Below, piece after piece: positions 52,743 to 63,232 of a DNA stretch of 64,000 nucleotides. Both the position numbers and the translations under genes were made by a program. Within the stretch, counting starts at the first letter, position 1; each line of letters begins with the position of its first letter. The notes below the pieces were generated by a model. It had not been told where the DNA came from. It ran no database searches and saw nothing but the letters and a program-made list of their open reading frames with translations. The stretch is from an uncultured Phycisphaerales bacterium (GTDB lineage Bacteria > Planctomycetota > Phycisphaerae > Sedimentisphaerales > Anaerobacaceae): NCBI GenBank assembly GCA_963718665.1, contig OY970359.1, positions 1,376,001 through 1,440,000 of the forward strand. The letters run 5' to 3'.

Positions 52743-53516
52743 ATGGATAAGCTTGTTATCGCTGGAAGACAATTCAACTCGCGCCTGCTCATCGGCACGG
52801 GAAAATTCTCCTCCAGCAAGGTAATGGCACAGGCGATAGAGGCCGCTGGCGCTGAAATCGTTACCGTGGCTCTCCGCCGGGTCGATATCACAAACAAAGA
52901 CGATTGTTTGCTCTCCGCAATCGACCGCGAAAAATATCTGCTCCTGCCCAACACATCGGGCGCACGCACCGCTGATGAGGCCATTCGTTTATCTCGCCTC
53001 GCGCGGGCTGCAACTGGCATAAACTGGGTCAAACTCGAAGTTACACCCGACCCGTATTATTTGCTGCCTGACCCGATTGAAACATTAAAGGCCGCGGAGA
53101 TTCTTGTTAAAGATGGTTTCATCGTTTTGCCGTATATCAACGCGGATCCGATATTGAGCAAAAAACTTCAGGATGTAGGCACCGCTACCGTGATGCCTTT
53201 GGCCAGCCCCATTGGCTCGAACCAGGGGTTAAAAACGCGGGCGGCGATTGAAATCATTATCGAGCAGGCCAGCGTCCCCGTCGTTGTCGATGCCGGCCTG
53301 GGTTTGCCCTCGCACGCTGCTGAGGCGATGGAAATGGGCACTGACGCCGTTTTGGTAAATACCGCAATCGCGACAGCCGTTGAACCGGCGAAAATGGCCG
53401 AGGCGTTCAAGTTAGCCGTCATTGCGGGCCGAACTGCTTATCTTTCAGGTGCCGCAGCCGAATCAAAAAAAGCAAACGCCTCAAGCCCCCTCACCGGCTT
53501 TTTAAGAAACGAGTAA
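52743..53516 (+). CDS. thiG: Thiazole synthase
   Basis: [29 protein letters not shown] and VDAGLG motifs. Confidence 0.97.
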   Translation: MDKLVIAGRQFNSRLLIGTGKFSSSKVMAQAIEAAGAEIVTVALRRVDITNKDDCLLSAIDREKYLLLPNTSGARTADEAIRLSRLARAATGINWVKLEVTPDPYYLLPDPIETLKAAEILVKDGFIVLPYINADPILSKKLQDVGTATVMPLASPIGSNQGLKTRAAIEIIIEQASVPVVVDAGLGLPSHAAEAMEMGTDAVLVNTAIATAVEPAKMAEAFKLAVIAGRTAYLSGAAAESKKANASSPLTGFLRNE

Positions 53517-53523
53517 GAATTAT

Positions 53524-54357
53524 ATGAGGTTCGTTAAGTATCACGCGATTGGGAATGATTACATTGTTCTGGGCCCAGACAAACCCGTTGATTTGACTGA
53601 AAAGCAAATACGCAGGATATGCCACCGCAACTACGGAGTCGGGGCCGATGGTATTCTCTGCTGGTCTGCAGGCGCAGAAGGAAGTCCTTTTACTCTTCGC
53701 ATTTTTAATCCCGATGGCAGCGAGGCGGAAAAAAGCGGCAATGGCCTGAGGATTTTTGCGAGATATTTGTGGGAGCGCAGCGCCAAACGTCAAACGAGGT
53801 TTTCTATAATTACTGCGGGAGGTTCCGTAGAAGCCGAGGTGAACGAAAACGGAAGCAATGTTGCAGTCGATATGGGGCATATCAGCTTCCATAGCAGTAA
53901 AATCCCCGTCGCAGGCCCTCCACGCGAGGTAATTAACGAAAAGATAGAAATAGAAGGTCAGGCGCTAATATATTCCGCCGCAACAATCGGTAATCCGCAT
54001 TGTGTGATTTTGTGTGGGAATGTTTCTCCCGATCTGGCACGGCGTCTTGGACCATTTATTGAGCATGATTCTCGTTTTCCCAATAGAACAAACGTGCAGT
54101 TTATGGAAGTGCTCGACCGCCATAATATAAAAATAGAAATCTGGGAAAGAGGCGCCGGTTATACTTTGGCGTCGGGCAGCAGTAGTTGTGCGGCTGCTAC
54201 GGTCGCTTATCGCCTCGCTCTATGCGATTCTAAAATAACAGTGCATATGCCCGGCGGGAACATCGATATTGCATTGGGCGCAGATTATTCCGTGCGAATG
54301 ACGGGGCCGGTGGCGAAGGTGTTCGAAGGCACAATATCAAAAGAAATGTTTAGCTGA
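53524..54357 (+). CDS. dapF: Diaminopimelate epimerase family protein
   Basis: KYHAIGNDY, NPDGSEAEKSGNGLR, GNPHCV and WERGAGYTLASGSS motifs; Ser at both usual catalytic Cys positions. Confidence 0.85.
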   Translation: MRFVKYHAIGNDYIVLGPDKPVDLTEKQIRRICHRNYGVGADGILCWSAGAEGSPFTLRIFNPDGSEAEKSGNGLRIFARYLWERSAKRQTRFSIITAGGSVEAEVNENGSNVAVDMGHISFHSSKIPVAGPPREVINEKIEIEGQALIYSAATIGNPHCVILCGNVSPDLARRLGPFIEHDSRFPNRTNVQFMEVLDRHNIKIEIWERGAGYTLASGSSSCAAATVAYRLALCDSKITVHMPGGNIDIALGADYSVRMTGPVAKVFEGTISKEMFS

Positions 54358-54373
54358 TTTTTATTGAGCCGAT

Positions 54374-55540
54374 ATGGCAGATACGAAAAAACATACCGTT
54401 GCAGATATAAAGACCATTTTGGCCGACAGGGGCCTCGACGGCTCAGGCAAAGATGTCTGGACCAAGCGTCTCGGCGAAATTACTGAAGACGAAGTCAAAT
54501 GGGCGTTATCCCGCAAGCCGGGATATTATGTTCTCGACCGGTTGCTGATGCTCATTTCGCCCGCCGCCGAAAATTACATCGAGCAAATGGCGCAAATTGC
54601 CCATCAGCTCACGCTCCAGCGATTCGGGAGGACCGTCCGATTATACGCCCCGCTTTACGTTTCTAATTATTGCGTCAATGGCTGCATTTACTGCGGCTTC
54701 AGCACCAATCATCGATTTCCCCGAATCCGTCTCACTATCGAACAGGCCCTCGCCGAAGCAGAAATAATCGCCAAAGAGGGTTTCAAAGATTTACTATTGG
54801 TCAGCAGTGAAGATAAGAATTTTATCACGGTTGATTACCTTGTCGAATTAGCGTCGAAACTGCGCCCCAAATTTAGTTCGCTGTCTGTTGAAATCTACCA
54901 GATGTCCGCCGATGAATACGCGAAGCTTTTTGCCGCCGGCATCGAAGGCGTAACGCTGTATCAGGAAACATACGACCGCCAGACATATCGCAAATATCAC
55001 CCCTCAGGCCCAAAGGCCGACTATGATTATCGATTATCTGCACCCGATAGCTTCGGCCAGGCAGGTATGCGCGAAATAGGTCTTGGCGCTCTTTTGGGAT
55101 TAAATGACTGGCGTCTCGAAACGCTTGCTCTTGCCGAGCACGCCCATTACCTGATGAAACGCTACTGGAAATCGCGCGTGTCTTTTTCTTTCCCGCGTTT
55201 GCGTCCAGCGAAGGATGTTGACCGCGCACAGTTTAATCTTCTTTCGGATAAAAATCTCGTCCAGATGATTCTCGCTCTTCGCCTGTGTTTCGCCGACGCC
55301 GGAATGACCATTTCAACTCGTGAGTCAGCCCATCTGCGCGACCAGCTTGTAAAACTCGGCATAACCAAAATGAGTGCGGGCAGTAAAACCAACCCCGGCG
55401 GCTACTCTGTAGGAAAAGATTCTGTTGGCCAATTTGATATTGATGATTCCCGCACTCCTGCCCAAATCGCCGCTATGCTGAAATCTCAGGGCCTCGAACC
55501 CGTCTGGAAAGATTGGGACAGCGCATTTACCGACGCTTAG
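54374..55540 (+). CDS. thiH: 2-iminoacetate synthase ThiH (radical SAM)
   Basis: APLYVSNYCVNGCIYCGF, YQETY, STRE, SAGS.T.PGGY and WKDWD motifs. Confidence 0.94.
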   Translation: MADTKKHTVADIKTILADRGLDGSGKDVWTKRLGEITEDEVKWALSRKPGYYVLDRLLMLISPAAENYIEQMAQIAHQLTLQRFGRTVRLYAPLYVSNYCVNGCIYCGFSTNHRFPRIRLTIEQALAEAEIIAKEGFKDLLLVSSEDKNFITVDYLVELASKLRPKFSSLSVEIYQMSADEYAKLFAAGIEGVTLYQETYDRQTYRKYHPSGPKADYDYRLSAPDSFGQAGMREIGLGALLGLNDWRLETLALAEHAHYLMKRYWKSRVSFSFPRLRPAKDVDRAQFNLLSDKNLVQMILALRLCFADAGMTISTRESAHLRDQLVKLGITKMSAGSKTNPGGYSVGKDSVGQFDIDDSRTPAQIAAMLKSQGLEPVWKDWDSAFTDA

Positions 55541-56421
55541 CCCGCATTGTTGCTGGGGTCTTGTTGTTTATCTCTCGATTCTGAAAGCTTCTTCTCGTAC
55601 GAGCTAATACGTCCGGGTCTGGGCTCAATATCAATGGACTGCTTTATATATTCCAATCCTTTTTGATAATCCCCTCTTTCGTAGAGAATAGTACCGAGGT
55701 AATTGAGATAGCAGGCCTTTTCACTGTCACGGGTTGCTTTCTTCGATGTTATCAATTCTTCGGCCTTAGCCATAAATTTATCTGCTTCGGCTGTGTCTTT
55801 TCGAATCATCTCGCAGAAAAAAGCTAATCTGCACCAAAGCTCAACTTCTTCCGGTGCAGTTTCACTCGCTTTGACTAATGCTGCATACGCCCTGTCAAAA
55901 TCTCGGGTATGTATAAATTTGCCGCTCTGTTCACAAAGACAGGCTGCAACTATGGTGTGCAGTGGTTTTATGCGGCAATATTCCGCCATGGTCCAGGAAT
56001 ACAACAGGAGATATACTATGGGTAATCCTATAAGCAGGAATTGAATTGAATCATAAATAAGATGGTCTGAACGGTAATATAAAACTATGACAAACTTTAT
56101 TCCTATTAGAGCCAACAGGATAATTGTAAGCCACGGGATAATTAAAGCGATTCTTCTCAGACGGGCAGCGGATTCTATGCCATCGACTTTGTTGCGTAAC
56201 CGGTCTGAATAAAAAAATAGCGCAACTAAAGAAACCAGAAGAGGCATTGTAATAAATAACACGATTGTTCCGGCCAACCGTAAAGATTTTATTGAACTAA
56301 TACTTAATGCTGCCTTTTGCTCTTCGAATCTTGCCTCCACAAAAGACAGTATAATGGATAAAACAATAGCTGCCCAGACAACAATTAAAATCGCCCGTTT
56401 TGTTTTATCAGTCAACGCCAC
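55537..56421 (-). CDS. Hypothetical protein with 4 TM helices and TPR C terminus
   Basis: Hydrophobic N-terminal half; YLNYLGTILYERGDYQKGLEYIKQSIDIEP TPR unit. Confidence 0.65.
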   Translation of the reverse strand: MALTDKTKRAILIVVWAAIVLSIILSFVEARFEEQKAALSISSIKSLRLAGTIVLFITMPLLVSLVALFFYSDRLRNKVDGIESAARLRRIALIIPWLTIILLALIGIKFVIVLYYRSDHLIYDSIQFLLIGLPIVYLLLYSWTMAEYCRIKPLHTIVAACLCEQSGKFIHTRDFDRAYAALVKASETAPEEVELWCRLAFFCEMIRKDTAEADKFMAKAEELITSKKATRDSEKACYLNYLGTILYERGDYQKGLEYIKQSIDIEPRPGRISSYEKKLSESRDKQQDPSNNAG

Positions 56422-56589
56422 AATACTCTCCTATTGAAGTACAGGATATAATTATATCGTAATCGATGCTTACATACAATTAAAAGCCCAGTTTTTGTGA
56501 GGATGGCAATTACGGTTTTTGGAAGAAGATGGTTTCGGCGAAGCCGAGGAAGTGTTTGCGGGAGCGGATATCTGTGAAGCCAGGTTTTG

Positions 56590-59500
56590 TTATGGGTTGC
56601 TTGAGAGCAATGTCTTACGAAGTTCTCGTTGTTTCCACATCGCATATAAAGGCGGATAAACCAGCAATTCGAGTATGAAGCTGGTAATTATGCCGCCAAT
56701 CATCGGTGCGGCTATTCGTTTCATCATGTCCGCGCCTGTCCCCATCGACCACATAATCGGTATAAGGCCCATAAACATCGCCATCACCGTCATCATCTTA
56801 GGCCGAATCCTTTTGACCGCGCCGTGAATAATCGCCTCTTTCAAATCCGCGAAGGTATTCATCCTGCCCTGTGCCGCCATTTCGTTATATGACAAATCCA
56901 GAAACAGCAGCATAAACACGCCCGTCTCCGCGTCCAGCCCCATAAGTGCTATCATCCCGACCCATACCGCTATCGAAATGTTATAGCCCAGTATATAAAG
57001 GAACCATACCGCGCCAATCAGCGAAAAAGGCACTGCAAGCATTACGATGCCCGTCTTGACGATGTTCTTTGTGTTTATGTAAAGCAGCGTGAATATGATT
57101 AAAAGCGTCAGCGGGATTACGACCTTGAGCCGTTCTCTTACACGCAGCATATTTTCGAATTGCCCGCTCCATTGCAGCGCGTAACCCGTGGGCAGTTGCA
57201 ATTGCGAAGCCACCGCTTTTTTCGCCTGTGCGACGTAACTGCCGATGTCTTTGCCCGCGATATCGACGTAAACATAACCCGCCAGCATCCCGTTTTCATC
57301 GCGTATCATAGACGGCCCAAGCGAAACACTTATCTCCGCAAGCTCGCCAAGCGGTATCTGCGCCAGAAGCCGTCGGCACAAGCACCCGCTGTAGCTTTTC
57401 CAAATCGTCGCGGTAATCTCGCGCGTATCGCACGCTTATGCCGTATCGTTCAGTTCCTTCAATTGCCGTCGTAACATTTTCACCGCCGATTGCGCTTGTG
57501 ATAATTTCTTCGGCGTCCTGTATGCTCAATCCATACCGCGCCAATTGCTCCCGTTTCAAATTGAAGTCCACAAAATACCCGCCCGACACCCGTTCCGCAT
57601 ATACGCTGCGTGTCCCCTCAAGCGGCTTAATTATTTGCTCAAGCTGTGTCCCTATTTTTTCAATCTCACTCAGCTCTGCGCCGTAAATTTTAATTCCTAT
57701 CGGCGTTCGTATGCCGGTCGATAGCATATCGATTCTCGCCTTTATCGGCATCGTCCAGGCATTCGTAACGCCCGGTATCTGCATCCTCGCGTTCATTTCC
57801 TCAATCAATTTTTCCCACGTTAATCCGGGCCGCCAATACTGTTTATCTTTCAGAACCACCGTCGTCTCCATCATCGAAAACGGCGCAGGGTCCGTCGGCG
57901 TATTGGCGCGACCTGCCTTGCCGAATACCCGCTCGACTTCAGGAAACGACATAAAAATTTTGTCCTGTATCTGCAAAAGGTTCGCCGCCTCTGTAACCGA
58001 TATCCCCGGCAGCGTCGTCGGCATATACAGAATCGTCCCCTCGTTCAAAGGCGGCATAAACTCCGACCCAAGCTGGAAATAAACAGGGATGGTAGCTATC
58101 AGCAAAATCGCAGCGCAAGTAATAGTAAACTTGCGATGCTCAAGAACAAAATTGCACGCCGGCTCATATATCACGAACAATCTTTTGCTTACTGGGTGCT
58201 GTTCTTCGGGATAGTATTTACCGACAGTAATTGAGTTATACAATTTCGAGAGCCACGCCGGCTTAAAATACTTGTAATCCATCCGCGTGAAAAGCATCCG
58301 TATCGCCGGGTCGAGTGTTATCGCCAGTATCGCCGCGATTGCCATCGCGAGGTTTTTGCTGTATGCCAGCGGCTTGAACAGTCGGCCTTCCTGGTCAACG
58401 AGCGTAAATATAGGCAAAAACGCGACCGCTATAACCAGCAGCGAAAAGAACACCGACGGCCCCACCTCTTTCAATGCGTTAAGCCGGATGATATGAAAAT
58501 CGCCTTTGCGCCCGCCTGCCTCCCATAGTTGTAGTTTCTTATAAGCGTTCTCAACCTCCACTATCGCGCCATCAACAAGCACTCCTATCGATATCGCGAT
58601 GCCAGACAGGGACATAATATTGGATGTCAGCTTGATGCCGTACATCGGGATAAACGACAGCAGCACCGCGATAGGTATCGTAACTATCGGTATGATTGCC
58701 GAGGGGAAGTGCCACAAAAATATCAGTATCACCAAGCTGACGATAATCATTTCCTCGATGAGCTGATGTTTCAGCGTATCGATGGCCCGCTTAATCAGGT
58801 CCGAGCGGTCATAAGTCGTAACTATCTCGACGCCTTTGGGCAGCGATGGTCTAATCTCCTCGATTTTGGCTTTTACGCTATTGATTACGTTGAGGGCGTT
58901 TTCTCCCTGCCTCATTATCACGATTCCGCCTACCGTATCGCCTTGGCCGTCGAGGTCGGCAATACCCCTGCGTATGTCCGGGCCTAAGACAACGTCCGCG
59001 ACGTTCTTTATCAGCACCGGTGTCCCGCGCTCATCCGTCCCTATTACCGTGTTCTCCAAATCTGCGGGCGATTTTACATATCCCTTTGCCCGAATCATAT
59101 ATTCCGTGCCCGACATCTCAAGCAGCCGGCCGCCCACGTCGTTGTTGCTTTGCCTTATCGCCTCGACGACCTTGGTAAGGGGAATGTTGTATGCCAGCAG
59201 CGCATTTGGATTGATGTTGACCTGGTATTGCTTTTGAAAACCGCCCACAGCCGCGACGTCCGCGACTCCAGGTACGCTTTGCAGCCAGTATCTTAAATGC
59301 CAATCCTGAAAACTCCGTAAATCCGCCAAACTGTTGTTGCCGGTCTTGTCCACCAGTGCGTATTGATAAACCCATCCCAGCCCCGTCGCGTCCGGCCCAA
59401 TCTCAACCGATACGCCCTGAGGCAGTTTCGCGGTGATTTTGCTCAGGTATTCCACTACCCGGCTTCTTGCCCAGTATATGTCTGTCCCGTCTTTGAAGAT

Positions 59501-59788
59501 TATGTAAACGTACGAGAACCCGAAATCTGAAAATCCCCGGATCGCCCGCACGTTCGGCGCGCCGAGCAACGCGGTAACAATCGGATACGTAACCTGCTGC
59601 TCGATAATGTCCGGGCTTCTATCCCACTGGGAGTAGATTATCACCTGCGTATCCGACAAATCCGGAATCGCGTCCAACGGCATATTCTTTATGCAATATA
59701 CCGCCCCGACTATCGCCGCAATCGCGAAGAATATGACGATAAACTTATTTTTTGCGGAAAATTCTATTATCCTGCTAATCATTGCCAC
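56590..59788 (-). CDS. cusA: CusA/CzcA heavy-metal RND permease, frameshift near 57362
   Basis: LDAIPDLSDTQVI, GPDATGLGWVYQY, GSEFMPPLNEG and RIRPKMMT motifs; adding GC restores SGAQIPLGE and about 1065 aa. Confidence 0.93.
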
Positions 59789-59798
59789 ACCAGCGTCT

Positions 59799-60986
59799 TT
59801 ACTTGTTTGGTTCCGCTGCCTTGTTGAAACCTGCGTTCAATTTGCTCTCTGAATCTATCAGGAAGTTGCCTGATGTCGCAACCTCCTCATTTTCCGCAAG
59901 CCCCTCCAGCACCTCATAATAATCTCCCGCCTTATTGCCGAGCCTTACAACCCTCGACACGAAGTGTCCGTTTGTTCCCGTGACGAAGACAATATCTCGC
60001 GTCCCCGCGTGCATCACCGCTTCTTCCGGCACGGCAAGCTTGTCGCCGAGGTCATATTTTATCACTACGTTGACAAACATCTCAAGTTTGAGCTTGTTTT
60101 CGGGGTTATCGACCAAAGCCCTGACTTTGAGCGTTCTCGTTGCTGCCTCCAGTATTGGGGTGACGGAAATGACGCTGCCCTCGAAAGACAATCCCGGATA
60201 CGCAATCGCCCGGACCTCGACGGGCGTTCCCGCTTTTACCAGTTCCGCCTCGTATTCGTAAATGGTCACATACACCCAGACATTTTTGTCTTCGCTGGTG
60301 GGAAGATACAGATTCTGCTGCGGCTTACCGCGTTTTTCCAGCTCGATTATTTCCTCCTCGTTCATTCCCATAGCCAGCAGTTTTTGCTTCATTGACTTTA
60401 TAAGAGCTCCTGATTGTTCATCTATATAACCTTCATCTTTGTGTATCGTCCGGCTGCTTTTGAACGCCTGCAGGTATTCCTGCTGTGCGGTAAACAGCGA
60501 CGGGTCGTATGCAACCCTTCCCACCGTCAGGATTTGCCCTGACAGATTTTGCTTCTCAATCTTTCCTTTTTTCACCCCGATTAACTGCTGCTTCTCCGGG
60601 CTTATGTAAACCATCGCGGAATTTGTCGCTTCCTCCCCATATACCGGCACATAATCCATTCCCATCTGGTCCTTCATAGGGACAGGCGAAGTAGCTGCGG
60701 GATTCATTGGGTTGCGATAGTATAGTATTTTTCTCTCACCCGTTGTTGTCGGCTTTTCCCCTCCTACTGGGGGGGCGGCTCCTCGCTTCACCAGCGTCAT
60801 ACCGCAGATTGCACAGTTACCCGGCTTGTCCGATGTGAAGTTCGGATGCATCGGACAATAATATAAATCCTTTGCCGACTGCGAAACGTCGCTGGTCTTT
60901 TGTTTATCAGTATGCCGGCCGGGTACAAGAACCCCAATAACCGCCGCCACAATAATAACGCCGACGATAATTGACCGCTTTTTCAT
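59799..60986 (-). CDS. CusB-like RND periplasmic adaptor with heavy-metal-binding domains
   Basis: YYCPMHP...PGNCAICGMTL, YYRNPM...KDQMGMDYVPVY and GNFLIDSES motifs. Confidence 0.92.
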   Translation of the reverse strand: MKKRSIIVGVIIVAAVIGVLVPGRHTDKQKTSDVSQSAKDLYYCPMHPNFTSDKPGNCAICGMTLVKRGAAPPVGGEKPTTTGERKILYYRNPMNPAATSPVPMKDQMGMDYVPVYGEEATNSAMVYISPEKQQLIGVKKGKIEKQNLSGQILTVGRVAYDPSLFTAQQEYLQAFKSSRTIHKDEGYIDEQSGALIKSMKQKLLAMGMNEEEIIELEKRGKPQQNLYLPTSEDKNVWVYVTIYEYEAELVKAGTPVEVRAIAYPGLSFEGSVISVTPILEAATRTLKVRALVDNPENKLKLEMFVNVVIKYDLGDKLAVPEEAVMHAGTRDIVFVTGTNGHFVSRVVRLGNKAGDYYEVLEGLAENEEVATSGNFLIDSESKLNAGFNKAAEPNK

Positions 60987-61013
60987 TATTCAATTCCTTC
61001 TTAAGGTGAGTTT

Positions 61014-61358
61014 TTATTTCGCAAACTGCGGCAGCTTTGCTACGTATTTCTCCGGCTCTGCCAGGAATTTCGCCTTGCAATCCGCGCAGCAGAAATAAAC
61101 CTTCTTGCCCTTGTACTCGACAAAAACATTCTTGTCGATTTTGTTGCCGTCCATTACCGGGCACATCGTCTGCTCAACTGACGCCGCTGCTGTCGCTGTC
61201 TTATTTGTATCTTCTGCCGTTTTAGCCGCCTGCATCTGCATATTTTTCATTGTCGTCTCTTTGGCTGGAGTAGCCGGGTTTTCTTTCTTTTTGCAACCCA
61301 CAAAGCCAAGGGCAAATACCACCGCAAGAGTTGATAAAATTATTGTTGAAGTTTTCAT
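61014..61358 (-). CDS. YHS-domain lipoprotein
   Basis: Lipobox FVGC; CPVMD..I...YKGKKVYFCCADCKAKF..EPEKY. Confidence 0.9.
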   Translation of the reverse strand: MKTSTIILSTLAVVFALGFVGCKKKENPATPAKETTMKNMQMQAAKTAEDTNKTATAAASVEQTMCPVMDGNKIDKNVFVEYKGKKVYFCCADCKAKFLAEPEKYVAKLPQFAK

Positions 61359-61467
61359 TTTTGTTCCCTTTCCAAAATAATATCTTCGCTTTTTACTATG
61401 CTTCGCTATTCTATACTAATCCGAGAGGAATGTGTTTTGCTAAATCTATCCTTTCAGATTACCAATG

Positions 61468-62727
61468 TTATCTCGAATCCAGTTCTGTCCCTGCCAACAT
61501 CTCAAGCTCTGCCAGTTTTTGCTGATTATCCGCAATTGCCCGCTGGAGAGACAGGTGATAATCCAGCAGCGTCCGCTGTGCGTCAATCAAACTTAAAAAA
61601 TCTATTGTTCCTTGCCGATACGCCGCCTCCGACGCCTGCAGCAGCTCCCTGCCCTTGGGTATCAGTGTATCACGATACAATCGTATCTTTCGGATACTGT
61701 CCCTGTATTCATAAAGCGATCGTGCCGCCTTTGTCAGAAGGATGTTTTCTGTCTCAATCTTTTGTTGTTCGATGCTTGCCTTTTGTGCCTGTGCCTGTCT
61801 TTCTCCGGCGCTGTAGCTGTCACGCCACAAAGGCAAATTCATCTGAAATACCATAGCGACGCCGTCTCTGCCGCCTCGGCTGTCCATATCTTCCCAGGTT
61901 ACCCCTACGCCTATATCCGGATAAAAATTCTTTTCCGCAAGTGTAATTTTACTCCCCGCAGCCATTGCCTCATAGTTCAAGCTTGCCAGTTCCGGATTCT
62001 TCTGTCTTAAGATGCTCACCAATCGCTCATAATCCAACTCGACCGCGTTGAATTCTTCGGTCTTTGGCCACGGCAGGTTCGTACCCGCCGGCAGGGTCAG
62101 TGCCGTCCTGAGCCGGCTTACCGTCGGCTCTCGCAACTGCCCCAGCCCTCTCAAAACATCCTCCATCTTTGCTATTTCCACCTGTGCCCTAATTACGTCC
62201 GGATGCCCGGTCTCCGTCGTCAGGTGTTTGGTTCTGGCAACCTCCTCAAAATGTTTGAACAATTCCAGGTTCTCCATTGCTGTATCAGTCGCCCTGGCGA
62301 GATAGGCAAATTCGTAAAAACCCTCCTTTATCTCTTTGTGCAACGCCAATCGCGCCGCCTGGTATTTTTGTTGAGCTGCCGATGTTTCCTTTATCGCCGC
62401 CTGGGTTCGCGCGTCAATCTTGCCAAACCACGGGAACGTCTGCATCACGCCGACCGTCTGCTTCATCTGCAGGTCTGATTGTTTCGTCCAGTAGTCGTAT
62501 GTAAACTGCGGGTCCGGAAGTGCCTTTGCCTGCAGGACCTGCTCCGAAGCCATCTTCATTTGCTGATAGCTGCTCTTTAGCCCGGCGTTGTGCGCCTCGG
62601 CATATTCCAGATAATCTCTCAGGGTCAGGAACTTGTTTGTTTCATTAGGTTCGCCAAAAGCGCACGCATACGGTGACAAAATAACGGCAACAGTCGCCAG
62701 AGATATTGCTAATATGCCTGTTCTCAT
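61468..62727 (-). CDS. TolC-family outer membrane factor (paralog 2)
   Basis: SD GAGGGG; ALPDPQ, QTFPWFGK, YPDIGVG and AYRQG..DF..LIDAQR motifs. Confidence 0.9.
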   Translation of the reverse strand: MRTGILAISLATVAVILSPYACAFGEPNETNKFLTLRDYLEYAEAHNAGLKSSYQQMKMASEQVLQAKALPDPQFTYDYWTKQSDLQMKQTVGVMQTFPWFGKIDARTQAAIKETSAAQQKYQAARLALHKEIKEGFYEFAYLARATDTAMENLELFKHFEEVARTKHLTTETGHPDVIRAQVEIAKMEDVLRGLGQLREPTVSRLRTALTLPAGTNLPWPKTEEFNAVELDYERLVSILRQKNPELASLNYEAMAAGSKITLAEKNFYPDIGVGVTWEDMDSRGGRDGVAMVFQMNLPLWRDSYSAGERQAQAQKASIEQQKIETENILLTKAARSLYEYRDSIRKIRLYRDTLIPKGRELLQASEAAYRQGTIDFLSLIDAQRTLLDYHLSLQRAIADNQQKLAELEMLAGTELDSR

Positions 62728-62818
62728 TGCATATCCCCTCGAATACAATTTCTCGCTCAATTTATTCGTCCGGGAGCTTCATCTTATACAGGTTTAAATC
62801 TGCCATACAAGAAAATTA

Positions 62819-63097
62819 TTACTTTCTGAATTTCTCCAGTAATTCAATAACCTCGTCTATTTTTTTCTGTTTTTCCGTCTCGGATTTACCCCTCAGCGCA
62901 CCGGCAACACAGCCGTCGAGATGTTTTCTGAATACTTCCCCTTCAACCCTGTGCAGTGCGCCGATACAGGAACGTATCTGGGTCAGGATATCAATGCAGT
63001 ACCTCTTTTCTTTAATCATTCGCTGGATACCGGCGACCTGGCCTTCTATTTTCTTCAAAAACTGCAATTGTTCTTCGTGTGTAGTCGGCTGTCCCAT
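62819..63097 (-). CDS. CsoR/RcnR-family metal-sensing repressor
   Basis: LKKIEGQVAGIQRMI..RYCIDILTQI...HLDGCV (Cys-His-Cys ligands). Confidence 0.93.
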   Translation of the reverse strand: MGQPTTHEEQLQFLKKIEGQVAGIQRMIKEKRYCIDILTQIRSCIGALHRVEGEVFRKHLDGCVAGALRGKSETEKQKKIDEVIELLEKFRK

Positions 63098-63121
63098 ATT
63101 TATACCCTTCTTTCTGTGTAT

Positions 63122-63152
63122 ATTATACCATACCCCCCCACCCTATGTTCAA
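63122..63152 (-). promoter_or_regulatory. Candidate CsoR operator within the csoR promoter
   Basis: CATA-CCCCCCCACCC-TATG (63129-63147) between minus-strand TTGAAC and extended TGGTATAAT. Confidence 0.65.
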
Positions 63153-63232
63153 GGTTTTTTTAAAAATTACGAAGGTTTTTTTGAGATTTGGTTTAAAAAA
63201 ATTCATGTTCTGCCCGATGCGGCTGAAAAGTT

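Noticed and set aside
14819..57363. Programmed ribosomal frameshifting or true pseudogenes at the five broken genes
   Set aside because: No slippery heptamers or further decay seen; the shared GCGC context points to a technical cause pending read checks.
60756..60780. CCCCTCC-TACT-GGGGGGG hairpin in the CusB-like linker as another in-frame insert
   Set aside because: Short, and explainable by Pro/Gly codons; no similarity to the other elements.
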